64,000 bases of DNA from an uncultured Bacillales bacterium (lineage in GTDB: Bacteria > Bacillota_I > Bacilli_A > RFN20 > CAG-449): positions 218-64,217 of the forward strand of contig CAMCEE010000009.1 of assembly GCA_945873815.1 (NCBI GenBank), read 5' to 3'. The position numbers were made by a program, and so were the translations under genes. This document shows, piece after piece, positions 19,825 to 30,336 of the stretch (its first letter is position 1; each line of letters starts with the position of its first letter). The notes below the pieces were generated by a model. The model was not told the origin of the DNA, did not search any database, and saw only the letters and a list, made by a program, of their open reading frames with translations.

Positions 19825-20883
19825 TTATTCGATTTCTAATAGATACTTCTCAAATTTATTTAGTAATTCTTTTCCGTTTACTTTATCGATTATTTCACCT
19901 TTTTTAAAGATGATGTAAGAATCCTTTTTAGCACATGCAATTCCAATATCAGCTTGCATTCCTTCACCGATTCCATTTACAACACACCCCATACAGGCAA
20001 CTACTTTATTGGAATGATGTTTTTCTAATATTTCAATGACTTTAGTGGCTATATTTTTTGTATTTGCAGTTGTTCTACCACACATTGGACATGAAATAAT
20101 AGTATAGTAATCATCATATAGATTTAAATCATGAAGTAAACGTTTGGCAGCGCGAACTTCTTCAATAGGGTCATCGGAAAGAGAAATTCTAATAGTGTTT
20201 CCAATTCCTTCCATTAGAAGTGGAGCTAAAGCAATCGTTGAACGGATTAATCCTACATCTTTAATTGAAGTTTCCGTAACCCCAATATGAAGGGGATACG
20301 TATAACGTTCACTCGCTTTTCTATAGCATTCTAATGTGACTAAAGGATTTGATGCTTTTAATGCTAAAACGAGATTAGTGAAATTGTGTTTTTCAAATAT
20401 TTTAATATATTGATCTAATTGATCTAACATTAAATCTGTTGAAACATGATTGTTGTTTTCTTTGATTAATTCATGGGGAACAGATCCTGAATTCACCCCA
20501 ATTCTAATTGCAATATCATGTTCTTTTGCATATTGAATTATCGATTCTATTTCTGTCTCATTTTTTAAATTTCCTGGATTTAATCTAATCTTATCCGCAC
20601 CATTTTTCATCGATAGCATTGCAAGTTTAAAAGAAAAGTGAATATCTGCAATGAGAGGAATATGTATTTGTTTCTTTATTTTCTTTAGTGCTTTTGCATC
20701 ATTTTCATCTAAAATAGATACTCTAATTAGGTCGCATCCAGCTTCTTCTAATTCGTGAATTTGTTTAACGACTCTACTTACTTTACTAGTTTTAATATTA
20801 CACATCGATTGAATTAATATCTTATTGTTTCCACCAAGATAAATATTTCCGATTTTTACAGTTTTAGTTTCATTTCTAATCAT
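19825..20883 (-). CDS. ispG: 4-hydroxy-3-methylbut-2-en-1-yl diphosphate synthase (flavodoxin)
   Basis: MIRNETKTVKIGN..GG.. start, TIM-barrel region, and a C-terminal 4Fe-4S cluster motif (CPMCGRT..CMGCVVNGIGE). The internal ATG at 20883 has RBS AGAGGA. Confidence 0.9.
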   Translation of the reverse strand: MIRNETKTVKIGNIYLGGNNKILIQSMCNIKTSKVSRVVKQIHELEEAGCDLIRVSILDENDAKALKKIKKQIHIPLIADIHFSFKLAMLSMKNGADKIRLNPGNLKNETEIESIIQYAKEHDIAIRIGVNSGSVPHELIKENNNHVSTDLMLDQLDQYIKIFEKHNFTNLVLALKASNPLVTLECYRKASERYTYPLHIGVTETSIKDVGLIRSTIALAPLLMEGIGNTIRISLSDDPIEEVRAAKRLLHDLNLYDDYYTIISCPMCGRTTANTKNIATKVIEILEKHHSNKVVACMGCVVNGIGEGMQADIGIACAKKDSYIIFKKGEIIDKVNGKELLNKFEKYLLEIE

Positions 20884-20960
20884 ATTTTTTCCTCTAACGA
20901 AAATAATTATAGCAAATAAGTAAAAATACGTGAATATTTTGCACATTTCTTATAAAATGT

Positions 20961-20989
20961 TTGACTAAGAGTGCTTGTAAATTTATAAT
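20961..20989 (+). promoter_or_regulatory. Sigma-A promoter of the leuS leader
   Basis: TTGACT (20961-20966), 17-nt spacer, TATAAT (20984-20989). Confidence 0.7.
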
Positions 20990-20995
20990 TTGCTT

Positions 20996-21182
20996 GTATG
21001 TGTAGTAGTAGTCTAGCTAGCATTTCAGAAACTTGGTGGTTGATGCGAACCAAGATGGGAAATAGATGAACTCGACACTTGAAAAATACAGGTTGTTCCT
21101 ATATCACTAATAATGAGTGCAGCAATGCTGAACTAAGGTGGTACCGCGCGTAAGCGTCCTTAGATACAGTGATTTTTTTTTA
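20996..21182 (+). promoter_or_regulatory. T-box leader of leuS
   Basis: AACTAAGGTGGTACCGCGCG at 21131-21150, then a helix and a T9 run at 21173-21181. Candidate specifier CUC in GAA-CTC-G near 21078-21080. Confidence 0.85.
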
Positions 21183-21203
21183 TGTTAAAAGGAGAAATAA
21201 ACT

Positions 21204-23600
21204 ATGAGCTACAATTTTCATGAAATTGAGAAAAAATGGCAAAAGTATTGGGAAGATAATCATACATTTAAGACTGATGTTTACGACTTCTCAAAGCCAA
21301 AATACTACGTTCTTGATATGTTTCCATATCCTTCTGGAGTAGGTCTTCATGCTGGACATCCTGAAGGCTATACTGCAACCGATATCGTTTCAAGAATGAA
21401 AAGAATGCAAGGATTTAATGTCTTGCATCCGATGGGGTATGATTCTTTTGGTTTACCTGCAGAACAATATGCGATTTCAACTGGTAATCATCCAGAAGGA
21501 TTTACAGAAGCAAATATTAAAACTTTTACTAAACAATTAAAAGAATTAGGTTTCGACTATGATTGGGATAAACAAATCGAAACATCAAATCCCTCATTTT
21601 ATCGTTGGACACAATGGATTTTTAAAAGATTGTATCAAGATGGATATGCAAAATATGTTGATATGCCAGTAAATTGGTGCGAGGAATTAGGAACCGTTTT
21701 ATCAAACGATGAAGTAATTGATGGAAAGAGTGAAAGAGGAGGATATCCAGTTGTTAGAAAGAACATGAAACAATGGGTTATCGACCAACCAGCATTTGCA
21801 GAAGAATTACTACAAGGATTAGATAAACTAGATTGGCCTTCATCTACTAAAGAAATGCAACGCAACTGGATTGGTAAATCTGTTGGTGCATTAGTTGATT
21901 TTAAAGTAGATGGATTAGATAAAAAATATACGGTTTTTACAACTAGATGTGATACCTTATTTGGCGCGACATATTGCGTTTTAGCACCAGAACATCCTCT
22001 TGTTGATGAGATTACAACATTAGAACAAAAAGAAGCGGTAGAGGCTTATAAGAAGATGGCTGCTTCCAAAAGCGATCTAGAAAGAACAGAATTAAATAAA
22101 GATAAAACTGGTTGTTTTACTGGAGCTTATGGAATTAATCCTGTTAATGGTAAAAAAGTTCCAATCTGGATTTCTGATTATGTTTTATCAACTTATGGTA
22201 CTGGTGCGATTATGGCAGTTCCAGCACACGATACTAGAGATTATGAATTTGCAAAAAAATTCAATCTTCCTATCATCCAAGTTTTAGAAGGTGGAGACAT
22301 CGAAAAAGAAGCGATGACAGAAGATGGCTTACATATTAATTCAGGTTTCTTAGATGGATTAAATAAAGAAGAAGCAATTGCAAAAATGATCGCATTCTTA
22401 GAAGAAAACAAGATTGGACAAAAAAAGACTAATTACAAATTTAGAGAATGGATATTTGCCCGTCAAAGATATTGGGGAGAACCTGTTCCTGTTGTACATA
22501 TGGAAGATGGATCTATTCACGTACTTGATGATGATGAATTACCACTTGTTTTACCAGTTCTTGATGATTATAAAGGTAAAAATGGTAAAGCTCCACTTGA
22601 AAATGCTTCTGAATGGAAGAAATATTCATTTGAAGGTAAAAATGGTGTAAGAGAAACTTCAACTATGCCAGGTAGCGCAGGGTCTTCTTGGTATTTTATG
22701 CGATATATTGATCCAAAGAACGAAAAAGCAATAGGAGATAAAAAACTTCTAGATCACTGGCTTCCTGTCGATTTATATATCGGTGGGCCTGAACATGCGG
22801 TAGGACATCTAATTTATTCTCGAATATGGACTAAATATTTAAAAAGTATTGGCGTATGCGATGTTGATGAACCATTTAAGAAATTAGTTCATCAAGGAAT
22901 GATTTTAGGTACAAATGGAATTAAAATGGGGAAAAGATACCCAGAATTTGTTATTAATCCAAGTGATATAGTCGAAAAATATGGTGCGGATACATTGAGG
23001 CTCTATGAAATGTTCATGGGACCACTTGAAGCTAGTAAACCTTGGTCAAATCAAGGAGTTGAGGGTGCACATAAATTTATCCAAAGAGTATATCGTGCTT
23101 TGATTGATAATTCAATGATAGTTGATGAAGAAACAAAAGAACTTGAAGTGGTATATCATGAAACGGTAAAAAAAGTAACTGCAGATTTTGAAGCTTTAGC
23201 ATTCAATACTGCAATATCTCAAATGATGATTTTTATGAATGAGGTTTATAAAATCAATAAGATTTCTAAACAATATGCTGAAGGATTCATTAAGATGTTC
23301 TCTTGCATTTGTCCTCATGTGGGAGAAGAAATGTGGAATATCTTAGGAAACAAAGAATCAATAGCATATGAAAAATGGCCTGAATATGATGAGAATAAAC
23401 TTGTAAAATCAAGCATTAATATAGCAGTTCAAATCTGTGGTAAAGTAAGAGAAATAATTGAAGTGCCAGTTGATGCAAGCGAAAAAGAAATCGAAGAGAT
23501 CGCGTTAAATAATCCTGGAATCAAGCAAAGATTGGATGGAAAAGAAATCAAAAGAGTTATTATTATAAAAGGCAAGATTTGTAACATTGTTGCTATATAG
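21204..23600 (+). CDS. leuS: Leucine--tRNA ligase
   Basis: 798 aa with HAGH (HIGH-type) and a KMGKR (KMSKS-type) motif, plus an editing domain. Confidence 0.95.
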   Translation: MSYNFHEIEKKWQKYWEDNHTFKTDVYDFSKPKYYVLDMFPYPSGVGLHAGHPEGYTATDIVSRMKRMQGFNVLHPMGYDSFGLPAEQYAISTGNHPEGFTEANIKTFTKQLKELGFDYDWDKQIETSNPSFYRWTQWIFKRLYQDGYAKYVDMPVNWCEELGTVLSNDEVIDGKSERGGYPVVRKNMKQWVIDQPAFAEELLQGLDKLDWPSSTKEMQRNWIGKSVGALVDFKVDGLDKKYTVFTTRCDTLFGATYCVLAPEHPLVDEITTLEQKEAVEAYKKMAASKSDLERTELNKDKTGCFTGAYGINPVNGKKVPIWISDYVLSTYGTGAIMAVPAHDTRDYEFAKKFNLPIIQVLEGGDIEKEAMTEDGLHINSGFLDGLNKEEAIAKMIAFLEENKIGQKKTNYKFREWIFARQRYWGEPVPVVHMEDGSIHVLDDDELPLVLPVLDDYKGKNGKAPLENASEWKKYSFEGKNGVRETSTMPGSAGSSWYFMRYIDPKNEKAIGDKKLLDHWLPVDLYIGGPEHAVGHLIYSRIWTKYLKSIGVCDVDEPFKKLVHQGMILGTNGIKMGKRYPEFVINPSDIVEKYGADTLRLYEMFMGPLEASKPWSNQGVEGAHKFIQRVYRALIDNSMIVDEETKELEVVYHETVKKVTADFEALAFNTAISQMMIFMNEVYKINKISKQYAEGFIKMFSCICPHVGEEMWNILGNKESIAYEKWPEYDENKLVKSSINIAVQICGKVREIIEVPVDASEKEIEEIALNNPGIKQRLDGKEIKRVIIIKGKICNIVAI

Positions 23601-23647
23601 TGACATGATTTTATGAAAAATATATGTATTCTTACTTTGGTGAGAAT

Positions 23648-23830
23648 ATGATACAAGTTGAAATCTTTACTAATGATGACGAAAATCAATTAGTTGAACA
23701 AATTAATTATTTTTTGAAGCAAATCGATGATATATGTATAAAAGATATTAAATATTCATCATTTGCTTTTTTTGATGGTAAAATGAATGTTTTGATTAAA
23801 ACTGCATTAGTTATCTACATAGTTAAATAA
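23648..23830 (+). CDS. Small protein, possibly Cse60-like (sporulation-associated)
   Basis: 60 aa: MIQVEIFTNDDENQLVEQINYFL...IKDIKYS. RBS GGTGAG precedes the ATG at 23648. The family assignment is from memory of the Cse60 pattern only. Confidence 0.4.
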   Translation: MIQVEIFTNDDENQLVEQINYFLKQIDDICIKDIKYSSFAFFDGKMNVLIKTALVIYIVK

Positions 23831-23892
23831 TTAATTATTTATTTGTTTTTTATCTTTATAATTGTTAAAATTATAAATATGAGGAGACTGTT

Positions 23893-24351
23893 ATGAAAAT
23901 AAGTAAAATAGCACTATTTACTATGTCACTATTATTACTCACAGCTTGCACGCCTACTGTAACATATAGTTCCACATATAAAGAGGATTTGAAAAAGTTA
24001 GTTGATGGTCCTTGGATTTCAAAAAGTGAAGTAACTCATTATGATATTTCCTGTATTGAAACAAGAACCGATTCAAATAAATATGTTTATACTGTTAAAA
24101 TTTCATATTCGACTGAAGAATTATCTAATTTTAAAGCGATTCTTTTACCTGAAGAGAATATGAGTAATTACGATTCGTGTAATCTACCTTGTATCGGATA
24201 TATTTCACCTATGAATTTAGTTGCTTTTAGAGAAGAAAATGATAAAAGTAATTATTCTCAATACAAGATGCAAATCGAAAAAGTATTCAAACAAAACACG
24301 ATATATGTTTCTGTTTCTTATGGAAACTATCAAGATTTAATTAAGTTTTAA
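23893..24351 (+). CDS. Lipoprotein, unknown function
   Basis: Signal peptide with lipobox LLTAC. RBS GAGGAG. Confidence 0.65.
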   Translation: MKISKIALFTMSLLLLTACTPTVTYSSTYKEDLKKLVDGPWISKSEVTHYDISCIETRTDSNKYVYTVKISYSTEELSNFKAILLPEENMSNYDSCNLPCIGYISPMNLVAFREENDKSNYSQYKMQIEKVFKQNTIYVSVSYGNYQDLIKF

Positions 24352-24362
24352 AGGAGTTTATC

Positions 24363-26537
24363 ATGTACGAATTAGAAATTGTTAGAAGATTACAAAATGA
24401 CTTGAATATAACAGAAAAGCAAGTAAATACAGTAATTGGATTATTAAATGAAGGGTGTACGATTCCTTTTATTGCTCGATATAGAAAAGAGCAAACAAAT
24501 TCGATGACGGATGATGTTTTACGTGTATTTTATGAAAAATATTCAAGTTATCTTAATTTCTACGATCGCTTAAATACAATATTAAAATCAATTGAAGAAC
24601 AAGGACAATTGACAGATGAAATTAAAGAGAGTTTGATGAATGCGAAAACTCTTAGTGAATTAGAGGATATTTATCGTCCTTATAAACCAAAAAAGAAAAC
24701 TAGAGCAAGCATTGCAAAAGCTAAAGGATTAGAGCCATTAGCCCTTTTTATCTTAGAACAAAAAGCAGGGTCTTTATCTCTTAATGAAGAAGCGGAGAAA
24801 TATTTAACGGAAGAAGTAAAGAGTATTGATGAAGCTATTCAAGGCGCTTCAGATATTATTGCTGAAATCGTTTCTGATAATGCTGAATATCGTAAATTCA
24901 TTCGCGAGAATACTATGAAGAAAGGTCTTGTTAAGACAAGTAGAAAAGAAAAAGGTGCAGATGATGAATATAATACTTTTGAAATGTATTATAAAGATTA
25001 CAACGAACCAGTTAATAAGATCCCTTCTCATAGAGTCCTTGCGATTAATCGAGGCGAAAAACTTAACATCTTAAAAGTCGAAATCGTTGATCCAACAATC
25101 GAGAATATTGAACATATTACAAAAGACATCATTAAAATGAATAGTCCTTTTAAAAATATAATTGAAAATGCAATTGTTGATTCATATAATCGTTTGATTA
25201 AACCATCGATTGAAAACGAAATAAGAGCTGATATTCTTGAAGCAAGCGAAAACTCATCGATTGAAGTATTTAAAGCAAACTTAAAAGAATTGTTACTTGA
25301 ATCTCCAACTAGAAATAAAGTAGTTTTAGGATTTGATCCAGGTATTAGAACAGGCTGTAAAATCGGAATTGTTGATCAATATGGTAAATTATTGTATACA
25401 GGAATTATCAATGCAACAAAGGGTAATGATGAGATATATCAAAAAGAAGCGATGAAATTAGCTCATTTAATTGAAAAATATAAGGTTGATTTAATTTCTC
25501 TTGGTAATGGAACAGGAGGAAGAGAGTCGGAAAGATTCTTAAAGAAATTCTTATTTGAAGCATATCCTTCTTGCAATGTTGATTATGTAATAACAAATGA
25601 AGCTGGAGCTTCTGTTTATAGTGCATCAAAATTAGGAGCTAAAGAATTTCCTGATTTAGATGTATCTGTTAGAAGTGCAATTTCTTTAGCAAGAAGAGTT
25701 CAAGATCCTTTAGCTGAATTAGTTAAGATTGATCCAAAATCAATCGGTGTAGGGCAATATCAACATGATATGAATCAAAAACATTTAGGTGAAGCTCTTG
25801 GAGGAGTTGTTGAAAATTGCGTTAACCAAGTTGGTGTTGATGTCAACTTTGCTTCTAGTTCTTTATTAACTTATATTTCTGGAATTAATTCATCAATCGC
25901 TCAAAATATTGTTACTTATCGTGAAAAAAATGGTCCATTTAAATCAAGAAGAGATTTATTGAATGTGCCTAAACTTGGTGAAAAAGCCTTCGTTCAATGT
26001 GCAGGTTTCTTAAGAATTAGTGATAATTATCCTCTTGATAACACAGGTATTCATCCTGAATCCTATGAGGCTACAATTAAACTTTTAAATAAAGTAGGTT
26101 TATCACTTGAAGATATTGGCAGTGATATATTAACAATGAAATTAGAGATGATAAAAGATCGAAAAAAACTCGCAGGTGAATTGAATTTGGGTGAAGAAAC
26201 GCTTAATGATATCATTATCGAATTAGAAAAACCAGGACGAGATATTAGAGATTTAAATGTGAAAGCTGAATTAAAAAACGATGTATGTGAGATTTCTGAT
26301 TTAAAAGAGGGAATGATTTTAAATGGAACGGTTAGAAATATTCTAGATTTTGGATGTTTCGTTGATATCGGTGTTCATCAAGATGGTTTAATTCACATTT
26401 CTGAACTATCTAATAAATTTATTAAACATCCTCTTGATGTTGTTAAAATCGGGCAAATTGTAAAGGTTAAAGTTATTTCTGTTGATGTTAATAAGAAACG
26501 TATCGGCTTATCATTAAAACAAGTAACTGAAGAATAA
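24363..26537 (+). CDS. tex: Tex-like transcription accessory protein (YqgF/HhH/S1 domains)
   Basis: 724 aa with an N-terminal Tex region (IPFIARYRKE), a RuvC-like LGFDPGIRTGCK, and a C-terminal S1 domain (GTVRNILDFGCFVDIG). Confidence 0.9.
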   Translation: MYELEIVRRLQNDLNITEKQVNTVIGLLNEGCTIPFIARYRKEQTNSMTDDVLRVFYEKYSSYLNFYDRLNTILKSIEEQGQLTDEIKESLMNAKTLSELEDIYRPYKPKKKTRASIAKAKGLEPLALFILEQKAGSLSLNEEAEKYLTEEVKSIDEAIQGASDIIAEIVSDNAEYRKFIRENTMKKGLVKTSRKEKGADDEYNTFEMYYKDYNEPVNKIPSHRVLAINRGEKLNILKVEIVDPTIENIEHITKDIIKMNSPFKNIIENAIVDSYNRLIKPSIENEIRADILEASENSSIEVFKANLKELLLESPTRNKVVLGFDPGIRTGCKIGIVDQYGKLLYTGIINATKGNDEIYQKEAMKLAHLIEKYKVDLISLGNGTGGRESERFLKKFLFEAYPSCNVDYVITNEAGASVYSASKLGAKEFPDLDVSVRSAISLARRVQDPLAELVKIDPKSIGVGQYQHDMNQKHLGEALGGVVENCVNQVGVDVNFASSSLLTYISGINSSIAQNIVTYREKNGPFKSRRDLLNVPKLGEKAFVQCAGFLRISDNYPLDNTGIHPESYEATIKLLNKVGLSLEDIGSDILTMKLEMIKDRKKLAGELNLGEETLNDIIIELEKPGRDIRDLNVKAELKNDVCEISDLKEGMILNGTVRNILDFGCFVDIGVHQDGLIHISELSNKFIKHPLDVVKIGQIVKVKVISVDVNKKRIGLSLKQVTEE

Positions 26538-26550
26538 AGGAGACGATTAT

Positions 26551-28041
26551 ATGCAAAAATGGTATGAAAATGCTTTATTTTATGAGGTTTATCCTATTTC
26601 ATATAAAGATACAAATGGTGATGGATTAGGCGATTTAAAAGGAATCTCATCAAAATTAGAATATATTAAGTCCTTAGGTTTTAATTCCTTATGGTTAAAT
26701 CCATTCTATTTATCACCTTTTATGGATGGAGGATACGATGTCCAAGATTATTTTAAGGTTGATCCTCGTTTTGGAACAATGAATGATTTCAAGAATTTGA
26801 TTAAGAAAGCTCATAAACTTGATATGCATATCATCATTGATCTAGTACCAGGTCACACATCAGAAAAAAATGAATTGTTTTTAAAATCCGCATCTCCAAA
26901 GAGAAATAAATATTCAGATATGTTCATATGGAATGGGAATATATGGGATTATGAAAGACCTTATATATTGATTTCCGGAAGACACAATAGAAATGCTTCT
27001 TATATGGTAAATTTCTTTTCTTGTCAACCTGCATTAAATTATGGTTTTAAAGAAATCAAATATCCATGGCAATTATCTTATAAAGATCCTAAAACATTCA
27101 TTGTACGAGAATATATTAAATCTGTTATGTTATTTTGGTTAGATAAGGGAGCAGATGGATTTAGAGTAGATATGGCAGATTCATTAGTCAAAGACGATGA
27201 TGATAAAGAAGCAACAATTGAAGTTTGGAATTCAATTATTCCAGATGTAAAAAAGAAATACCCAGATTGTTTCTTAGTTTCCGAATGGAGTAATCCTAAT
27301 CGCTCTTTACGCGCAGGATTTGACAGTGATTTTGTTTTAGAGCATAACGATAATTTTTTTCATTACCTCGTAAGAGCAAAGAATACTGGTGATATTCCAG
27401 TTCTAAAAGGAGGTAATCAAGATATATTTAGAGAGAGTTTAATTCGTCATATAGATGAAGCAAGAAATAATAATGGTTATATTTCTATTATTTCAGGAAA
27501 TCATGATACAGGAAGAATTGCTTCTTATTTAAACGATAATGAATTACGTAATTTTTATTTAATGCAATATACTTTACCTGGAATTCCATTCCTATATTAC
27601 GGAGATGAAATCGGCTTAAAACACCAAGAATTAGATTCAAAAGATGGAGGCTATCAAAGAACTGGAGACAGAACACCTATGCAATGGGATGATTCGAAGA
27701 ATATGGGTTTTTCTAGTACATCAAATGATTTATATCTTCCTCTTACAAAAGAGAAGAAATCAGTTAAGAGTGAATTATTGAAAAAGAATTCATTAATAAA
27801 TTACATTAAATCAATTGTTTCTTTTAGAAATAATCATAAAGATTTAGTTAATAATAATTTTGAATTAGAACCTTATACCGATGGAAGAATTGTATATTAT
27901 CGCGATAATATTAAAGTAATTGTTAATTTATCTGATAAAGCAATTGATTTAAAAAATGAATCAGTCTTGTTTAAATCGAATAATAAGGCGATAAAAGAGA
28001 ATAAATTACAACCAGGTTTTAGCGTTATTCTTGCTAAATAA
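26551..28041 (+). CDS. GH13 alpha-amylase-family enzyme (alpha-glucosidase / oligo-1,6-glucosidase-like)
   Basis: GH13 regions DLVPGH, GFRVDMA (nucleophile), SEW (acid/base) and GNHD. No signal peptide. Confidence 0.8.
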   Translation: MQKWYENALFYEVYPISYKDTNGDGLGDLKGISSKLEYIKSLGFNSLWLNPFYLSPFMDGGYDVQDYFKVDPRFGTMNDFKNLIKKAHKLDMHIIIDLVPGHTSEKNELFLKSASPKRNKYSDMFIWNGNIWDYERPYILISGRHNRNASYMVNFFSCQPALNYGFKEIKYPWQLSYKDPKTFIVREYIKSVMLFWLDKGADGFRVDMADSLVKDDDDKEATIEVWNSIIPDVKKKYPDCFLVSEWSNPNRSLRAGFDSDFVLEHNDNFFHYLVRAKNTGDIPVLKGGNQDIFRESLIRHIDEARNNNGYISIISGNHDTGRIASYLNDNELRNFYLMQYTLPGIPFLYYGDEIGLKHQELDSKDGGYQRTGDRTPMQWDDSKNMGFSSTSNDLYLPLTKEKKSVKSELLKKNSLINYIKSIVSFRNNHKDLVNNNFELEPYTDGRIVYYRDNIKVIVNLSDKAIDLKNESVLFKSNNKAIKENKLQPGFSVILAK

Positions 28042-28100
28042 TGGTGTTTCATTGATAAAAATAATATAATTATTTATAATTTTATTAGGAGGAAAGAATT

Positions 28101-28430
28101 ATGGCAGAATATGTATATATCAAAGATTATTCCAAAAGAGGACAATTAGGAATTTCAAAACATTGTTTCGAAACAATTGTTTCTGAAGTAACGAATAAAG
28201 TAGGTGGGGTATCAATTTCTAAACCATCAACTCCATTTTTCTTTCATAAACCTGTAAAATGTTCCATTTATGAAAATAAATTAACAGTCGATATTCAAGT
28301 AGTAATTAGAAATGGATATAGTGTCGATGAAATTTGTTCATCGATTCAAAACGATGTTGCAGAAGCTTTAACACAAATGGTTGAGGTTGTTCCTTTCCAA
28401 ATTAAGATTAAAGTTGCAGGAATTGAATAG
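28101..28430 (+). CDS. Asp23/Gls24-family alkaline shock protein
   Basis: 109 aa positioned directly upstream of nusB, as B. subtilis yqhY is. The Asp23-like pattern is judged by eye. Confidence 0.7.
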   Translation: MAEYVYIKDYSKRGQLGISKHCFETIVSEVTNKVGGVSISKPSTPFFFHKPVKCSIYENKLTVDIQVVIRNGYSVDEICSSIQNDVAEALTQMVEVVPFQIKIKVAGIE

Positions 28431-28448
28431 AATAATTGAGGTTTTTAT

Positions 28449-28853
28449 ATGTTATCAAGAAATCAAGCGCAAGAAAGAATGATGAATTGTATTTACAATT
28501 ACCTTTTTAATGAAAAAAATGGAAATGAGATCAATATTAAAGAGATAATTGAAAATGCTTTTGAGGAAGACTTAAGTGAAGTTGAATTATATGTTCAAAA
28601 TGTAATTTTACAATCATTAAAGCATAAAGAAGAAATCGATGAATTAATCATCAATAATCTTTCTGATAAATTAAAACTGGAAAGAATTAATATTGTAGCT
28701 CATGCAATATTCCTTTTAGCTGTCGGACAATATAAATATGTAGGAGAGATAAATAAAAGTGAAATGATTAATATTGCAGTTGAATTAGCGAAAAAATATT
28801 TAGATGATGGAGAATATCGTTTTATTCATGCAATTTTAGATAAAATATTATAA
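28449..28853 (+). CDS. nusB: Transcription antitermination factor NusB
   Basis: 134 aa alpha-helical protein in conserved asp23-nusB-xseA context. Confidence 0.85.
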   Translation: MLSRNQAQERMMNCIYNYLFNEKNGNEINIKEIIENAFEEDLSEVELYVQNVILQSLKHKEEIDELIINNLSDKLKLERINIVAHAIFLLAVGQYKYVGEINKSEMINIAVELAKKYLDDGEYRFIHAILDKIL

Positions 28854-30049
28854 TGGAAAAGAAAGTCATTACCGTCTCAAAATTAAATCAATATGTTAAA
28901 AATATCATTGAAGGAGATATCAATCTAAATAATATTCTCGTTCAAGGAGAAATTACAAATCTTACAAAGCATTATACTGGTCATTATTATTTTTCGTTAA
29001 AAGACGAAGAATCAAAAGTGTCGTGTATGATGTTTTCTTATAATGTGAAAAATTTAAAATTTGATTTAAAAAATGGAGATTTAGTTTTAATTTATGGTTA
29101 TATGTCCGTTTATGAAAAAACGGGAACTTACCAATTATATGCTCGAAATATCGAACCATTTGGTCTTGGTCAAGAATTGTTGAAAATCGAAGCATTAAAA
29201 AAGAAGTTGAAAGAAGAAGGTGTTTTTGATCTTCCAAAAAAGGAAATACCAAAATATCCTAGAACAATTGGTTTAATCACCTCTTCAGTCGGCGCGGCAG
29301 TACATGATTTTATTCATACGATTCAATCAAGATGGAATGTTGAAATATTAGTATTTCCTTGCTTAGTTCAAGGAAAAGATGCGCCAGAATCGATTGTAAA
29401 AGCCTTAGAACTAACTTCCAATTACGATATTGATACACTGATCATTGGTCGTGGAGGCGGGAATAATGAAGATTTAAGCGCTTATAATGATGAAAGAGTC
29501 GTAAGAGCAGTATTATCTTGTCCTATTCCTATTATTTCTGCGATTGGACATCAAATTGATAGTTCGATTGTTGATTTAGTTTCGGATTATAGTGCGATTA
29601 CTCCAACAGAAGCTGGTGTTATTGCTACTCCAAACAAAACTCAAATCATTCAAGATTTAATTTCTAATAGAGAATATATGAATTCAATAATCGAAAGAAA
29701 AATTGATAAATTACGACAATTATTATTAGAAATATCCTCTTCAAAAGGACTCATTAGTCCTATTGATAGGTTGCTTCTTGAAAAGAAACAAAATGAGCAA
29801 CTGATTGAAAGAATATCATATAATTTGAAACAATTTATTAATAGATATCAAAATGAATTAGCTTCTTTAAATGGAAAATTGATATCACTAAACCCATATG
29901 GGGTATTATCTAAAGGTTATTCATTAATATACAATAAGAATAAAAATGTCATTACTTCAATTAACGAAATAGAAAAGAATGATATTATTATCGTTAATAT
30001 GAAGGATGGAGAATTAATCGCAAGAGTTGAAGATAAAGGAGAAAAATAG
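28853..30049 (+). CDS. xseA: Exodeoxyribonuclease VII large subunit
   Basis: N-terminal OB fold (VSKLNQYVKNIIE, GEITNL..H.SGHYYFSLKD) and the catalytic region IGRGGG. Confidence 0.92.
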   Translation: MEKKVITVSKLNQYVKNIIEGDINLNNILVQGEITNLTKHYTGHYYFSLKDEESKVSCMMFSYNVKNLKFDLKNGDLVLIYGYMSVYEKTGTYQLYARNIEPFGLGQELLKIEALKKKLKEEGVFDLPKKEIPKYPRTIGLITSSVGAAVHDFIHTIQSRWNVEILVFPCLVQGKDAPESIVKALELTSNYDIDTLIIGRGGGNNEDLSAYNDERVVRAVLSCPIPIISAIGHQIDSSIVDLVSDYSAITPTEAGVIATPNKTQIIQDLISNREYMNSIIERKIDKLRQLLLEISSSKGLISPIDRLLLEKKQNEQLIERISYNLKQFINRYQNELASLNGKLISLNPYGVLSKGYSLIYNKNKNVITSINEIEKNDIIIVNMKDGELIARVEDKGEK

Positions 30050-30050
30050 G

Positions 30051-30242
30051 ATGGATAAGAAAATTACAATCGAAGAAAAACTTAAGAATTTGAACGATCT
30101 AGTTTCTCATTTAGAAAACGATAAGATGACGCTTAAAGAATCTTTAGATTTATATGAAAAAGCGATGACTATTTCTAAGGATATTGAGAAAGAATTGAAT
30201 GAAGCGATAGATAAGGTTAAGATCATTCAAGAACAAAAATAA
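30051..30242 (+). CDS. xseB: Exodeoxyribonuclease VII small subunit
   Basis: 63 aa helical protein immediately after xseA. The ATG at 30051 follows AAGGAG. Confidence 0.85.
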   Translation: MDKKITIEEKLKNLNDLVSHLENDKMTLKESLDLYEKAMTISKDIEKELNEAIDKVKIIQEQK

Positions 30243-30336
30243 GAATAACTTTAGCTTTATCCGATATTTACAATTTTTGTGCGTTTTTTCTTAAAAAATG
30301 CACATTTTTCATATATAATTCTAGTAGGTGATTAGT